A stretch of 64,000 nucleotides of DNA from Macrostomum hystrix (Eukaryota > Animalia > Platyhelminthes), in the NCBI GenBank assembly GCA_950097015.1, contig CATNEN010000039.1, positions 16,430,001-16,494,000 of the forward strand, given 5' to 3'. Position 1 is the stretch's first letter, and each line of letters opens with the position of its first letter. The notes beneath the pieces are model-generated. The model saw nothing but the letters and a program-made list of their open reading frames with translations. It was not told where the DNA came from and made no database searches. This document shows, one piece after another, positions 36,135-48,395 of this stretch. A program made the translations under genes and the position numbers.

Positions 36135-36750
36135 CGTGGTGCCGGGCTACGTGTCAGCGCCGTGGAGAGAGGCCTGGGTGGCCCACCTGAACGGCTGCCG
36201 ACGCTCTGCGTCAGGAAAGGGCCCCCCCCCCAGCGCGGAGTCCTCCCCCCCGTTTCTGTGGAACCTCGTTATGGATGAGCTGCTCAACGCTGCACAAAGG
36301 ACATCACCTTCCAGAAGCAAACTAAATGCTTGGGCATAACGCTCGATCACAGGCTCAGCTGGACTCCTCATGTCTACGCTAAAGCCAAAAAGGCCTTTGC
36401 GATCCTGGCGCAGCTGCGCAGGGCGGTGGCAACACTTGGGGTCTCACCCCCAAACGTCTATGGTGGATCCACACTGCTATGGTCAGACCGGCTGTTTCGT
36501 ACGCCAGACTGATCTGGGCTAGTGCCCTGCAGCTAAAGACCTGCCTTGAGACTCTTCGGAGAGTGCAAGGTCGCGCTTGTCGCATGATCATGAGCGCCGC
36601 GCCATCCGCCCCGATCGACGGCCTCAGCGCCTTCCTGAATATCCTCCCGCTTGATATTTTTAGCTTGATATTTTTATCCGCGGTGAGGCGGCAAAAACCG
36701 CCCGGCGTCTCCTTGATGCCGGAGTGCACTTCGTCCCCCTGCAAATAGAT
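36135..36750 (+). mobile_element. LINE (R1/LOA-like) RT fragment, deleted and frameshifted
   Basis: SPPFLWNLVMDELL, LGITLDHRLSW, VRPAVSYARLIW, LRRVQGRAC...LNILPLD; ends near (atag)n. Confidence 0.8.
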
Positions 36751-37199
36751 AGATAGGCAAATAAACAATTTTAAAGTTTAAATCACAAAATAAACAATTT
36801 GCGTATGGGCAAATCAAATAATTATTCTGCTCACAAGATATCATCATGTACGAGATTTCGTCCTGTTTTTGTTGATCTTTTTTTATTTTTTGTTAATTTT
36901 AATATTTTCGAGCCAATCTGGATTCGCCATGTAGAGGTTTATACAGATACAGAAATATGAAAGCTGTAAATATTATCTACACTGTAAGAGTGCAATTGTT
37001 GTAAATACTATATCAGCAGGTTGTATAACCAGCTAAATATGACTCGTCCAAGACTGCTGTCTTTTATGCGTATATATTTTTAGTTTAAAAAACTATTTAA
37101 GCAGAGTATGCTCATTCACTTTGCTTCATATTTCTGGATGGATCTATTTTTCTCCAGGTTCTCCTGAAGGGGCTACCCTAGGCGCCAATAATTTCAAAT

Positions 37200-37890
37200 A
37201 ATGCATTTACAATGCAAGATGCATTATATTGCATTGGAAATGCATTACAAATGCATTTTTGTGCATTGGCAAAATAATGCAAACCAATGTATTATAAATG
37301 TATTGAAGATGCATTATTTCGCCTTAAAACTGCACTTTTAAGTAATGCATTGTCAATATATTGAGAATGCATTATTTTATCCTGAAAATGCACTTCAAAA
37401 CAATGCATTATAAATGTATCAAGAATGCATTATTTTGCCTTCTGAAATGCACTGCAGAACAATGCATTGCAAATATATTGAGAATGCATTATTTTATCCT
37501 AAAAATGCACTTCAAAACAATGCATTATAAATGTATCAAGAATGCATTATTTTGCCTTGTGAAATGCACTGCAAAACAATGCATTGCAAATATATTGAGA
37601 ATGCATTATTTTATCCTAAAATTGCAGTTTAAAACAATGCATTATAAATGTATCAAGAATGCATTATTTTGCCTTCCGAAATGCACTGCAGAACAATGCA
37701 TTATAAATGTATCAAGAATGCATTATTTTGCCTTGTGAAATGTACTGCAAAACAATGCATTGCAAATATATTAAGAATGCATTATTTTATCCTAAAATTG
37801 CAGTTTAAAACAATGCATTATAATTGCATTAAGAATGCATTATTTTGCATTGGAAGCGCGCAAAGTTTCACTATTCAAAACAATGCATTA
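37200..37890. repeat. Left subterminal array of EnSpm: 117-bp unit (two ~58-bp halves) rich in AATGCATT
   Basis: ttgagaatgcattattttatcct recurs at 37361, 37478 and 37595. Confidence 0.9.
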
Positions 37891-38858
37891 TTTATAAATC
37901 AAGAATTTATTTTCCTACATATTCCTAATAGATCTTAGCAGTTCGGACAAGATTTTATAGGATAAGTCAGATCTTACAAGGCTGAATGTAAGATTGTCAA
38001 CTATAGGGATGCATTTTAAGTGTGACGGGTGTCGTGGGCATGCATATGTGTTTGCCTTTAAACTGCAATATATGTAATTCGCACTACAATTTTATATAGA
38101 AAGAAATATATTTTTGGTAAATTGACCGAAGATATGTTCGATTATTATCTGACTTATCTGACTTATTTGAGAATTCTACAATGTATGAAAAGTATGACTT
38201 TTATGCATTGCGCTCTATTACGCATCACACACGAGCAGAAAAAAAGTCACTATATCGATACACAAAATTATAGGTATATGTGAAATTATGAGTTCTGAGA
38301 CGAGTAAGTTGGAGTAGAAAACAAGCACGCATTCATTAGCGTCCGCGCAGTCATATTTATTGTACTAGTACGACTCAATGGCTGACTCAGCATTGTTAGG
38401 AGATTAGGGGTGGGTGCTACAGCGCCTTGCATCAGTGAGAGAAAGTAAGCACAGTGGGGTGACATGGGTGCACGTGAACTATAGCCATGCAGATAGCAAA
38501 TAGCGAGTATTGAAATGACAATAACTAGCTGTTATAGAGTGGCGCGCAAATAGTACTTTTGCTAAGCTATCCGACAGTATACTAAAACAAGAGACAGACA
38601 CAAATTAGTTCTGGAATTTTTGAGTCATATCTTCTATGTACACAAATATTTTGTTAAAGTTACCATTTTTGGCACATATTGAAATATTCTTACTCTTGCG
38701 CTGGACATATTTATTCATATCATAGTTTGCTAGTTTATATCATTTCATATCATTCATATCAGTTCATATCATTCATATCAGTTCATATCATTTTGCTAGT
38801 TCTATTATTCTATTATATATTATACGGCCTGCTCTTTACTTGTAATTTATATATAGAC

Positions 38859-41800
38859 ATGTCGAATAATGCAACTGGTTCTATTTCGCGTCGCTCCAAA
38901 AGAAGGTCGAAAGCTGTGGATCGGTTGGCACAACAGGACCCAAAATCTCTTTCAATTAAGTTTTTTTTTTATGTTAAGGAAAGTGGGCAATATGTGACTG
39001 CCAGTAGGTCAAGCCCAATAATGAAAGAGTTTAATTCTTCTTTTCCAGACAATAGGAACTGGAAAGTGGTAAGTCAATTGTGCACCTTGGCCATACTTTA
39101 CTAGGCCTATGTAAGGCCTATAATTTTTAAATTGGGGCATCTTTCAAAGATCATGTATTAGTGGGGGCCATGAATCTTTATATGTATGTCATATGTTGTA
39201 TTTCCCTATATGATATTGTTTTTGTTGACTTGGATTTTTAGTAATTATTGCTTATGTTATGACTAAAAAAAATATTATAAAATTTAAATTATTTAATTTA
39301 GGATTACTGTTAAGTTCGGCAAGTTAGGCTATTACATATATAAGACAAGGATTTTGGTTTAGGTATATAATATGGAAGATAGTTAGGTTATTAGGTAGTT
39401 TAGGGCAAATGTAAAGTTTAGGTATTCAAATTGGGGATATATTAATTATACTTGTACTTTTGTCATAGATAATAATAATAATTGTTATTAGAGTTAGGAA
39501 GGCAAGAGCATAGCTTTATTATAGGTTAAGATTTAGGTATACAAGATATGATACCCTAAATGCTAATTCCCTAGAGAAATTGTCTTTACCATTATATCCT
39601 ATAGAAATATAGGGTCAATATCTAGGGTCCCTATAGAATATATGCAACTTGTAACTATTTTTACAAACCAAAAATAACCTTTGCATTTAGACTTTATATA
39701 AAAAAAGAACATTAAAATTATTTTATATTAATTATGGTAAGGTCTTGTAAGTGAGCTTTTACTTTAGAAATAAGAAAGTGATAATAAATACTTGAGTAAG
39801 CATAAATATGATAAACCAAAAAGAGTTAGAACTAAGAGTATTTATATATTCAAATGAAAAAGACTGCCTTTTAAAGTGATACCAACTAACCCTATTGCAG
39901 TGCATATAGGTTTTGATAGATAGTGTCTTTTATAGATAAACTAGTATTTTGCTATAGTATAGTTATGGCTACTGTTATAGATTATAATAAGAACATCCTA
40001 AAAAGTAAAAAGAGTAATGATGGTTATAGGAACATCATTATTGAAAAATAAATTGATTGTGGTTATGGTTATGACATGATTTTCAAATCATAGTTAAATA
40101 TAGTTAGTTAAGGTCTTTAAGTTAGTTAAATATAAGTTTAAATAGATTAAAATGGTTATATTCTTCTATGTTGTAATTGTACTCTTAAGTGTAATATGAC
40201 TAATTTAGAAGAGTATATCCATTGTCTTATAGAATCTAAGAAGTGTAGGATTTTCATCTCTTAGTTTATCTTTTCATCTCTTAGTTTATCTTTTCCTTGT
40301 TGAAATAATATATAGCTAAAGGAAGCAAAATATGGTTATGGTTTTGGCTATGCGAAGTTGCAGAAAATTGTATTTTATGTCAATTACAGTTATGGAAACT
40401 CATTATAGCAAAGTTGATTATGGATACTATTATCGTTATGGTTATGGTCCAAAGGATTTGTAGCAGCAAAACACTAAGATAAACATATGTATCTTTCCTT
40501 TTTCTATGTTCTTCTTTTAGAATGTTTATTGTCTATTAAACCCCTAATCATATTTGTTTGACTTGTTCAGAAAAGCTATGAATTCTTTTCTTTGACTTGT
40601 AGATTGCATTCATCTCTTATTTAATTTTTTTCTTTACATTCCTGTTTAGGGTGGCTTCTACCCACTAGATTTTGGTCAAGAAGGAATCTGGCAAGGTTGC
40701 CTGCTTCATGCTGGCACACAAGCATCTGTCAACATGCTGGAGAAGAAGATGGCAGCATTTATTTCTGAGCATAAAACTGCAGGCAATTTAACAGATGCCA
40801 TTCTGCAAGAGTTTGTCAGGGGTATGTCAGTGCTGCTATATAAATACATTTTGGAACACTGTGTATCATCTTATTACAATAGTTGACAGGCAATTCATAT
40901 ACTTACTATTTTAGGCCAGCATTCACCAATATCTTCCAGTGATTCCTCTGATGACTCTGAGCATGCTGATGCCAATGATGCCAGAGCTTCATTGCAAAAG
41001 CGCCCACGCCATGAGGCCACCAATTGTCATGGTGATGCTACTGCTTGTCCTAGAAGTTCTGGTGCCCTCACTGGTATTGAGAACCATGTAGCTGGTGACC
41101 GTGCTGGAATTCGGATTGAGCAAGAGTTTGCAGTGATGAATAGGTTCATGACTGCCACACCTGGTCATTCTGCTGCTGAAGCTGCTGCTATTGGTACTGA
41201 TGCACTCGATGGGGAAGAGATTTCTAATGTCCAAATCTATGCCAAACTGGGTAAATAATTTTAGTGGCTTAATAATTTCAAAATAATTTTACTCTGTGTA
41301 AAAACTTGACTTGGACAGGTTGGCAGATTGCTTTGACTGTGTGCAGTTTTCACAATAACTATAGCATGGGAGAGGCACATTTTCTAGGCTTCTGTCCTCA
41401 GATTAGCACACATGGCTCACTTGTTTGACTTGCAATATTTCGAGCTTTACTTAATGTAGATTGTGGAGTACATATGTCCTTTATCTATGTAACTTTATAG
41501 CCATGATGTGGTTATGCAAGGTTTTTTCCACTTTTTTTCATTTTCAGTGAAGATAGAAGCCTATATGCATAGTGAGTTCAGGAAGCTCAAGAGGAATGCA
41601 AAGGAATCGACTTTCCGGCGTGCTGAACCTAGCAATGAGGTATGATGCTATTTAGTTCTTAAATATCTATGTGCATAAAATTCACAACAAATATATTCAT
41701 TTTCTTATTTAAATAACGCTTCTACATTTTTCCATATGGGACAAGGTAGCTACAGCTAGTCCAGTAGGTTAGCTGCATCCACCATCACTACAAATTTAAG

Positions 41801-43311
41801 CAATATTGGCTGTTATACTTACTGTAGGCTAAATTTGCTTCTGACTCTCAAGGCAACCTTTGATAGCTTAAACCAGCTGTTCTCTAGCCCCAGTCAAGCA
41901 AACAATGATATGGTACCAGTTTTAAGCTAGGATAAATTACAATTTACATGTGGCTTGACTTGCAACTGCCTCCTCCACAGTCAGGTTACTGACTGTATAG
42001 CTATATATGCATAGCCCTTGGGTGCACCCCATACTTCATGCAGAGTACTTGCAGCAGAAGCATTTTTTGCTTTACAGAATTTTTTCCAGCAGGTCAGGTG
42101 GGTTGTATATGTTATTTCATTGTTATTTCAAACTTTTGCAACATAGTCCTTAGCTTATAGCTACCAGTTAGAAATTCTCTTTTGGATATAGGTGTGTTAT
42201 TATGTGCAAATTAATGGATTATTATATTTGGTAGTCTTCATTTTAAGTGGCATAGAAGCATGCGGAGCATTATATTTTTCTGCACACATTCCAGGAGTTC
42301 ACTGATGTTGATGGTGTCAAGTTTGGCCTGGGGTCTCTGAAGAGAACCAATCCATCTACATTCATCCGCCAGTTTGCTCTCAAGCGGTATGGTCTGGCCT
42401 ATTTGATGACACATGTTGTTGAACCAGGAAAGAAGACCACCCGGATAGCTGCCTCACAAGAGGTAGTGGATGAACTAAAGAGTGAGTTAACCTTTGGTTG
42501 CTTAATTGCTGATTGTTTTATGAAATATAGCACTAATGCCTGTTATCTATTGTGAAAGATATTACATTTTGCTTGACTGTGTAGTAATTTCTTGTTAGAC
42601 AGCATAAATGTATTGTATCAGGTATGTAAAGTAATAAGCCTTGGAATAAGGGTGGAAGTGTGGCATGACCAGTAATATCCATATGCTAATTCTGTACTTT
42701 TTGGTAATGTTGGTTTGAGGAACAGAATAAAATTTCTGAATATTAAACTACAGTTTTATTAGCAACTTAATATGGAACATAAATTTAAAGACATACATGA
42801 CATTGTAAACCACTAAGACTAGCAGTAAGGAATACAATCCAATTATTTCCAATTCAAGTATGCCAAGAAATATATTTTCAGGTGAATAGCAAAATTGTGC
42901 TGTCAATGCAATCACTTGGTAGAGTAACTATGCACTCCACTGCTCTGTAGTCAGTGGGCCATGAAGTTTACTTTATCTTCCTTAAAGTGGATATCAACTT
43001 ACAGCTTGGTTGACTGGAGTAGGGATGCTTGGTCACTTGCTCACCTTGATGGTCAGGGATGCAACATTTATCAATGCTGTTTTTCTTTGCCATGTGTCAT
43101 GCACCCCATGCATCTCTCCTATTTTCTCTTCTCTAAAGAGTATAACAGATAAATTTAGTATAATTTTGCTTCCCAAATTGTAGAGGTTCTACAACTGGCT
43201 TTTCAACCTAGCAGCGCCGATTCCGGAGAAGCGATGTGGACCATGGCACGGAAGAGTCTGAATCAGACTTATGCGGAGCAGAATCATGCTGCAAAGAGCC
43301 CTAAAACCTAA
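38859..43311 (+). CDS. Transposon accessory protein with C-terminal BEN-like domain; exons 38859-39068, 40650-40821, 40915-41250, 41548-41639, 42295-42481, 43184-43311 (374 aa)
   Basis: Five GT-AG introns with compatible phases (0,1,1,0,1) give a stop-free 1125-nt CDS. The C-terminus PSTFIRQFALKRYGLAYLMTHVVEPGKKTTRIAASQEVVDELKKVLQLAF...WTMARKSLNQ resembles the BEN helix pattern. Confidence 0.7.
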
Positions 43312-44010
43312 GGTCCCTGGATTATATTGGGTTGATTTACAACGGTGGGAAGTGCATTGTTTAATTTTTTTATTTTTATGGAAGGCAGTGTATTAATTAT
43401 ATGTTAATGTTGAGCCTAAGCATTGTGTGGGTTGATATTTTTTGTGGAAATAAAAAAATGGCAATCATTGACTTTTGGAATTTTGTCTTCGAGTTATTAC
43501 TTTCTGCTTGTTTAATGTACTTCTGTGTGTTGCTTAAGATAATATTTAGTGGCGTTAAGTTTTGTCTAAGGTATAATAAATGAATTGTTTTTTTCTAGTG
43601 TCAACATAACAATGGCAGTTACTAATAGGGCTGCTCATCTATACTTCTCTGGTTAGATATGAGAAATATCAAGGGATGCACATGATCATAACTGCAGAGT
43701 CAGCATGGATAAGATAACTGATGCAAACTATTTTGGGCCTTTGCACATAAATGTCTGATTTAAATCCTTTACTTAAGTATATAGAGTTTATAGTAAGGAA
43801 AAGAATTTTTCTTCAGTCTTCAGTTCACATAAGTGTCGGCCATTGTATATAGCTACTGCGATAGCACTGTATAAAAGATGGCAATGACATGTATTCTAAA
43901 TCGCCTGCATTGTATATTGAGAGCAAGTGTTGACTGAAAGTAGTGATGGGTGTTAAATGAATAGTAAATGTATGTACAAATGCTACTTTTCTTACTCTGC
44001 AGCAGCCACC

Positions 44011-46512
44011 ATGCAGCACATCCAGAAGACATCGGCGACAGGATCGGCCAGTGCCTCTGTGTCATCGGCGACAGGATCGGCCAGTGCCTCTGTGTCATCG
44101 GCAACAGGATCGGCTAGTGCCTCTGTGTCATCGGCGACAGGATCGGCTAGTGCCTCTGTGTCATCGGCGACAGGATCGGCTAGTGCCTCTGTGTCATCGG
44201 CGACAGGATCGGCTAGTGCCTCTGTGTCATCGGCGACAGGATCGGCCAGTGCCTCTGTGTCATCGGCGACAGGATCGGCCAGTGCCTCTGTGTCATCGGC
44301 GACAGGATCGGCCAGGGCCTCTGTGTCATCGGCGACAGGATCGGCCAGTGCCTCTGTGTCATCGGCGACAGGATCGGCCCTGTCGTCATCGTCGTCGTCA
44401 TCTGACCATGCGTCTGCTGGTGCCTCAGTGCCAATGACATCTCAACGATTGCATTCAACGGTGTCAGCCCAAGGAGCAGCAGAGCCACTCCTGCCACTCT
44501 CTGTTTTTCAAGAGAGGCATCTCATTCTGCAGCATTCACTTGAAGACGAGTGCACCGTTGCTTCTCTTTTGCGGCTGTGGCAGCTTAACGAGAACTGTAG
44601 CGATGCTGCTATGAATCGACTACTCCTCCTCCTAAGCCACATTCCGGATAGAAATTTGCCAAAGTCTGCAAAGCAAATGAAAACGCGAGTGAAAAATTTC
44701 TTCTGTCATTCATTTACCTCTGCTCGTCTGTGTCTGGTTTGTGAAAAGGCTGGCTGCCGTGAACATGAAGACTTGGCCACTACCGTCGTGATTACGAATG
44801 TGCAAGGCCAGATCGAGAACATCTTGGACTCACAGTTGGAGGTGCTTTTGGAGTACGAGCGCGAGATGAGCAGTGGCATGTACACTGATGTCCTTAACTC
44901 CGATGTAGCAGAAAACCTCGAGCGAAGCTCTGGTACTAACCTACACATGTATTTTTTGCTTAATGCAGATGGAGCTTCATTTTGGGAAAATTCTGACGTG
45001 CAGATATGGCCTCTGACAGCAATCCTTCTGAATCTTCCTCCTGGCAAGAGGAAATTGTTTCGAAACATCATTTTGCTTGCACTGGTTTCCGCTAAACAGA
45101 AGCCCAACTTTCGCCAATGTCTGCCTGCAATTCTCAACAAGCTGCCTACACTGGTTGAATATGGCAGATTTTCAGTGCACCTGCATTTCTCTTTCATTGT
45201 AAGTGATCTCCCAGCTCTCGCCTCACTGTTCTGCATAAAGCAGTTCAATGGAGAATTCTCCTGTCCTAAGTGCCTCAACCCTGGCAAAAGTCTGCGAACT
45301 GGGCTCTGGGTGTTTGCCCCAAATTCCCAGTGTCCGCTCCGAACAACTGCATTTCATCTCGAATGTGTGCGCTTCCTTGAACAGTCGGGCCTAAAGAGCA
45401 TTTTTGGCGTAACTGGAGTGTCACCGCTGTGTAAGCGTATCAGTTTCCCAGCAAACTTCATAATTGACGGAATGCATGCATTTTTCGAGGGCCAGGTCAA
45501 GCTTCTGCTAACAATGTCAACTGACGGCAAGAACCGCCACGAGGAGTTTTTCATCGGTCGTTCTGTTCGCGAAGTTGTTGATTCATTGCTTGAAAATCTA
45601 AAGTTTCCACATGGAATTCATCGGCCGCCTACCCTGGCAAGATTGAGTCTCTGGAAGGCGAAGGATTTTAAGTTGTTTTCCCTGTACTTGTGGATTCCTT
45701 TGCTGCTGGCTCAACAGAATGGTTTACACCGGGAGCTCATTTTCTGCCTAATCGCAGTCTACCATTTCATGTACAGCAATGCCGGATTTGAGCAGGTTCA
45801 GTTGCTCACCACTGCTTTCATGGAGAGTGCAGCTGAAGTCTTTTCAGAGGAGGTACATCGATTGAACTTCCATCTGTTGGAGCACATGGGGAATCAGTGC
45901 CGCGAGTTTGGACCAATATCTTCTTACTCAATGTTTCCATTCGAAGGTGCGATGCTGCATTTCAAGCACATGTTTTCTGGTACTCGCTATCAAGCCGAGC
46001 AGATTGCCGAGCGTTTTTTTTGGTACAGTTCATTGGTTAATTCCTTTCAACACTCTGAATTCACCGCTTACGAGGCATTTACATCTGCAATCGCTGATAC
46101 ATCGCTACCAAGGGACTGCATAGTGGTAAATGGACAAGCAGTCTTCGCACATGGGCACGAGACCAACTTCAAGACATGCTCCTCGTTCGTCTACCTGAAG
46201 GATGGTCGCTTTTCTCTGATCAGGGAAGTCTGTCCAGGTGGCCAGAGTTTTCTAGGATCAATACTAGACTCAGTGGGAACGCTTCAAAGTGTCCTCTTCC
46301 CGCTGTTTACTCGGCCAGTTCTAGCAGCAGCTCGTTCCAAGCCGTCGCTGCGCTACGAAATGTTCAACAGAAATGCCCGCAATGATGGGATTGAATGGTT
46401 TCCGTCTTCAATGATTCAGTCGCGCTGCATAAAGATTGATCTCAATCATCTGCGTGGTGTAGGTAGTTTTTTTTCTCTGGTACCTATGTTGGAAGAGAGC
46501 GAGCATGACTAG
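44011..46512 (+). CDS. EnSpm/CACTA-type DDE transposase, 833 aa from a GCCACCATG start (track ORF opens at 43957)
   Basis: LNADG...QIWPL, SDLPA...QFNGEFSCPKC, IDGMH, WKAKDFK, LNFHLLEH...FGP....SMFPFE. The N-terminus has a 33-bp repeat (SSATGSASASV). Confidence 0.9.
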   Translation: MQHIQKTSATGSASASVSSATGSASASVSSATGSASASVSSATGSASASVSSATGSASASVSSATGSASASVSSATGSASASVSSATGSASASVSSATGSARASVSSATGSASASVSSATGSALSSSSSSSDHASAGASVPMTSQRLHSTVSAQGAAEPLLPLSVFQERHLILQHSLEDECTVASLLRLWQLNENCSDAAMNRLLLLLSHIPDRNLPKSAKQMKTRVKNFFCHSFTSARLCLVCEKAGCREHEDLATTVVITNVQGQIENILDSQLEVLLEYEREMSSGMYTDVLNSDVAENLERSSGTNLHMYFLLNADGASFWENSDVQIWPLTAILLNLPPGKRKLFRNIILLALVSAKQKPNFRQCLPAILNKLPTLVEYGRFSVHLHFSFIVSDLPALASLFCIKQFNGEFSCPKCLNPGKSLRTGLWVFAPNSQCPLRTTAFHLECVRFLEQSGLKSIFGVTGVSPLCKRISFPANFIIDGMHAFFEGQVKLLLTMSTDGKNRHEEFFIGRSVREVVDSLLENLKFPHGIHRPPTLARLSLWKAKDFKLFSLYLWIPLLLAQQNGLHRELIFCLIAVYHFMYSNAGFEQVQLLTTAFMESAAEVFSEEVHRLNFHLLEHMGNQCREFGPISSYSMFPFEGAMLHFKHMFSGTRYQAEQIAERFFWYSSLVNSFQHSEFTAYEAFTSAIADTSLPRDCIVVNGQAVFAHGHETNFKTCSSFVYLKDGRFSLIREVCPGGQSFLGSILDSVGTLQSVLFPLFTRPVLAAARSKPSLRYEMFNRNARNDGIEWFPSSMIQSRCIKIDLNHLRGVGSFFSLVPMLEESEHD

Positions 46513-47669
46513 GTGGTGCATTGAAGACTGTTTCTTTATTTCTCCGGTCCTATTTTTCTGCATTCGCTCACAATACTCAATTTCTCAAATATCTCAATTA
46601 TCAATTGAAGTCCATGTGTCTGTTCTGCGATCATCTCGTACTCTAATATCAGGCTATTTTTATATATTGCTAATCATGCAATTTATTTAGGTGCTCTGTT
46701 TTCACGTGCATTTTTCTGTATATTCAGAGAAAAAAATGTGTTGATACTCAAAATCCTTCCATGCGCTCATGTGCTACTTTCGTTGTCCTTTTTATGCATT
46801 TTGTTTCAGGGCTGAAATATTCCTGAAATATTCTGCAAGCGTATACGTTCATTCTTAACTGCTTCGTGCAATCAGGCTGCATTTACTTTTTGCGTGTATA
46901 GTTATTTTAAGTTAATTTTTCCGTTGGTCCTTTGTTGCTTTAGCAGCTGAATCATAGAAAAAAATGTTTTAAATTGCCTGTTTACTTAAGTAAAGGAAAT
47001 TTTGTGCTACATGTTCTATAAATTCTCATAATTTCCTCAAATTTCTATATATTGAAACCATGCGATGTACAATCGTTGTAAACTAACTTTGTCTAAGCTG
47101 CTTACACTTGCAATTTAGCATCAGTGACTGCATTTTCACTTTATGCAAATGTGACTCTTGGCAGCAATGATTACTGAAGTAATCAGGTTTTCCCATGCAA
47201 GCGCTAGTTGCTTTTATGTGTAATATTCATTTTGATTGAACTTTTTTTAATTTTCTCTTCAATGATAATCACATTAATGTATTTATATAATCACAATAAT
47301 ATTATATTATATACAATTATACATGAATAAGTGCCAACAAACATATCACTGTTAATCACTGATTTTGTGTCCTCCAGCATCATAGTCTGCTGAACTAAAC
47401 ATGTATAGATGGAAGTAGAATGATCCGGTTCTTTTTCATATGTTTTATATTATTTAGAAGTGCATGTCTAGGCATAAATATCTGAATTTTAATATCTAGT
47501 GTAATGCTCTGACATGGGATTTACGTAACTGACAAGCTAAGTACAATTATTAGCAAAGACGGTTAGAAGCTTGCATATGTATTTAGGCATGCACTTGACA
47601 CTAGACCCTTGAAATTGAAGTCAAGCTTCTTGTAAGTAAGTGGCCTAAACAATTCCGCCTTTCGATAAA

Positions 47670-48380
47670 AATTATAATGCATTGATTATAATGGATTATT
47701 TATAGATTATAATGCATTATTGCTAGATTATAATGCACTACAATATATTATAATGCATTATTAATAGATTATAATGTATTATTAATAGATTATAATGTAT
47801 TATTAATAGATTATAATGTATTATTAATAGATTATAATGTATTATTAATAGATTATAATGTATTATTAATAGATTATAATGTATTATTAATAGATTATAA
47901 TGTATTATTAATAGATTATAATGTATTATTAATAGATTATAATGTATTATTAATAGATTATAATGTATTATTAATAGATTATAATGTATTATTAATAGAT
48001 TATAATGTATTATTAATAGATTATAATGTATTATTAATAGATTATAATGTATTATTAATAGATTATAATGTATTATTAATAGATTATAATGTATTATTAA
48101 TAGATTATAATGTATTATTAATAGATTATAATGTATTATTAATAGATTATAATGTATTATTAATAGATTATAATGTATTATTAATAGATTATAATGTATT
48201 ATTAATAGATTATAATGTATTATTAATAGATTATAATGTATTATTAATAGATTATAATGTATTATTAATAGATTATAATGTATTATTAATGGATTATAAT
48301 GTATTATTAATAGATTATAATGTATTATTAATACATTACAATGCATTATTCATGCATTGCTAAATGCATTATTTTGCATT
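47670..48380. repeat. Right subterminal array of EnSpm: 21-bp (tattattaatagattataatg) x ~28
   Basis: Directly visible array. Flanking units read ataatgcatta. Confidence 0.95.
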
Positions 48381-48395
48381 ATTGGCGCCTAGGGT

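Larger units (their letters stand above)
37176..48394 (+). mobile_element. Full-length EnSpm/CACTA (CMC) DNA transposon, 11219 bp
   Basis: TIRs CCCTAGGCGCCAATAAT (17 bp perfect, ~34 bp imperfect), TA TSD at 37174-75 and 48395-96, subterminal ATGCAT-rich arrays at both ends, intact transposase and accessory gene. Confidence 0.92.

Noticed and set aside
37361-37938. Repetitive ORFs MHYFILK...
   Set aside because: Translation of the EnSpm subterminal array. The same applies to 47738-48346 and to the 36-bp array ORF at 31070-31414.
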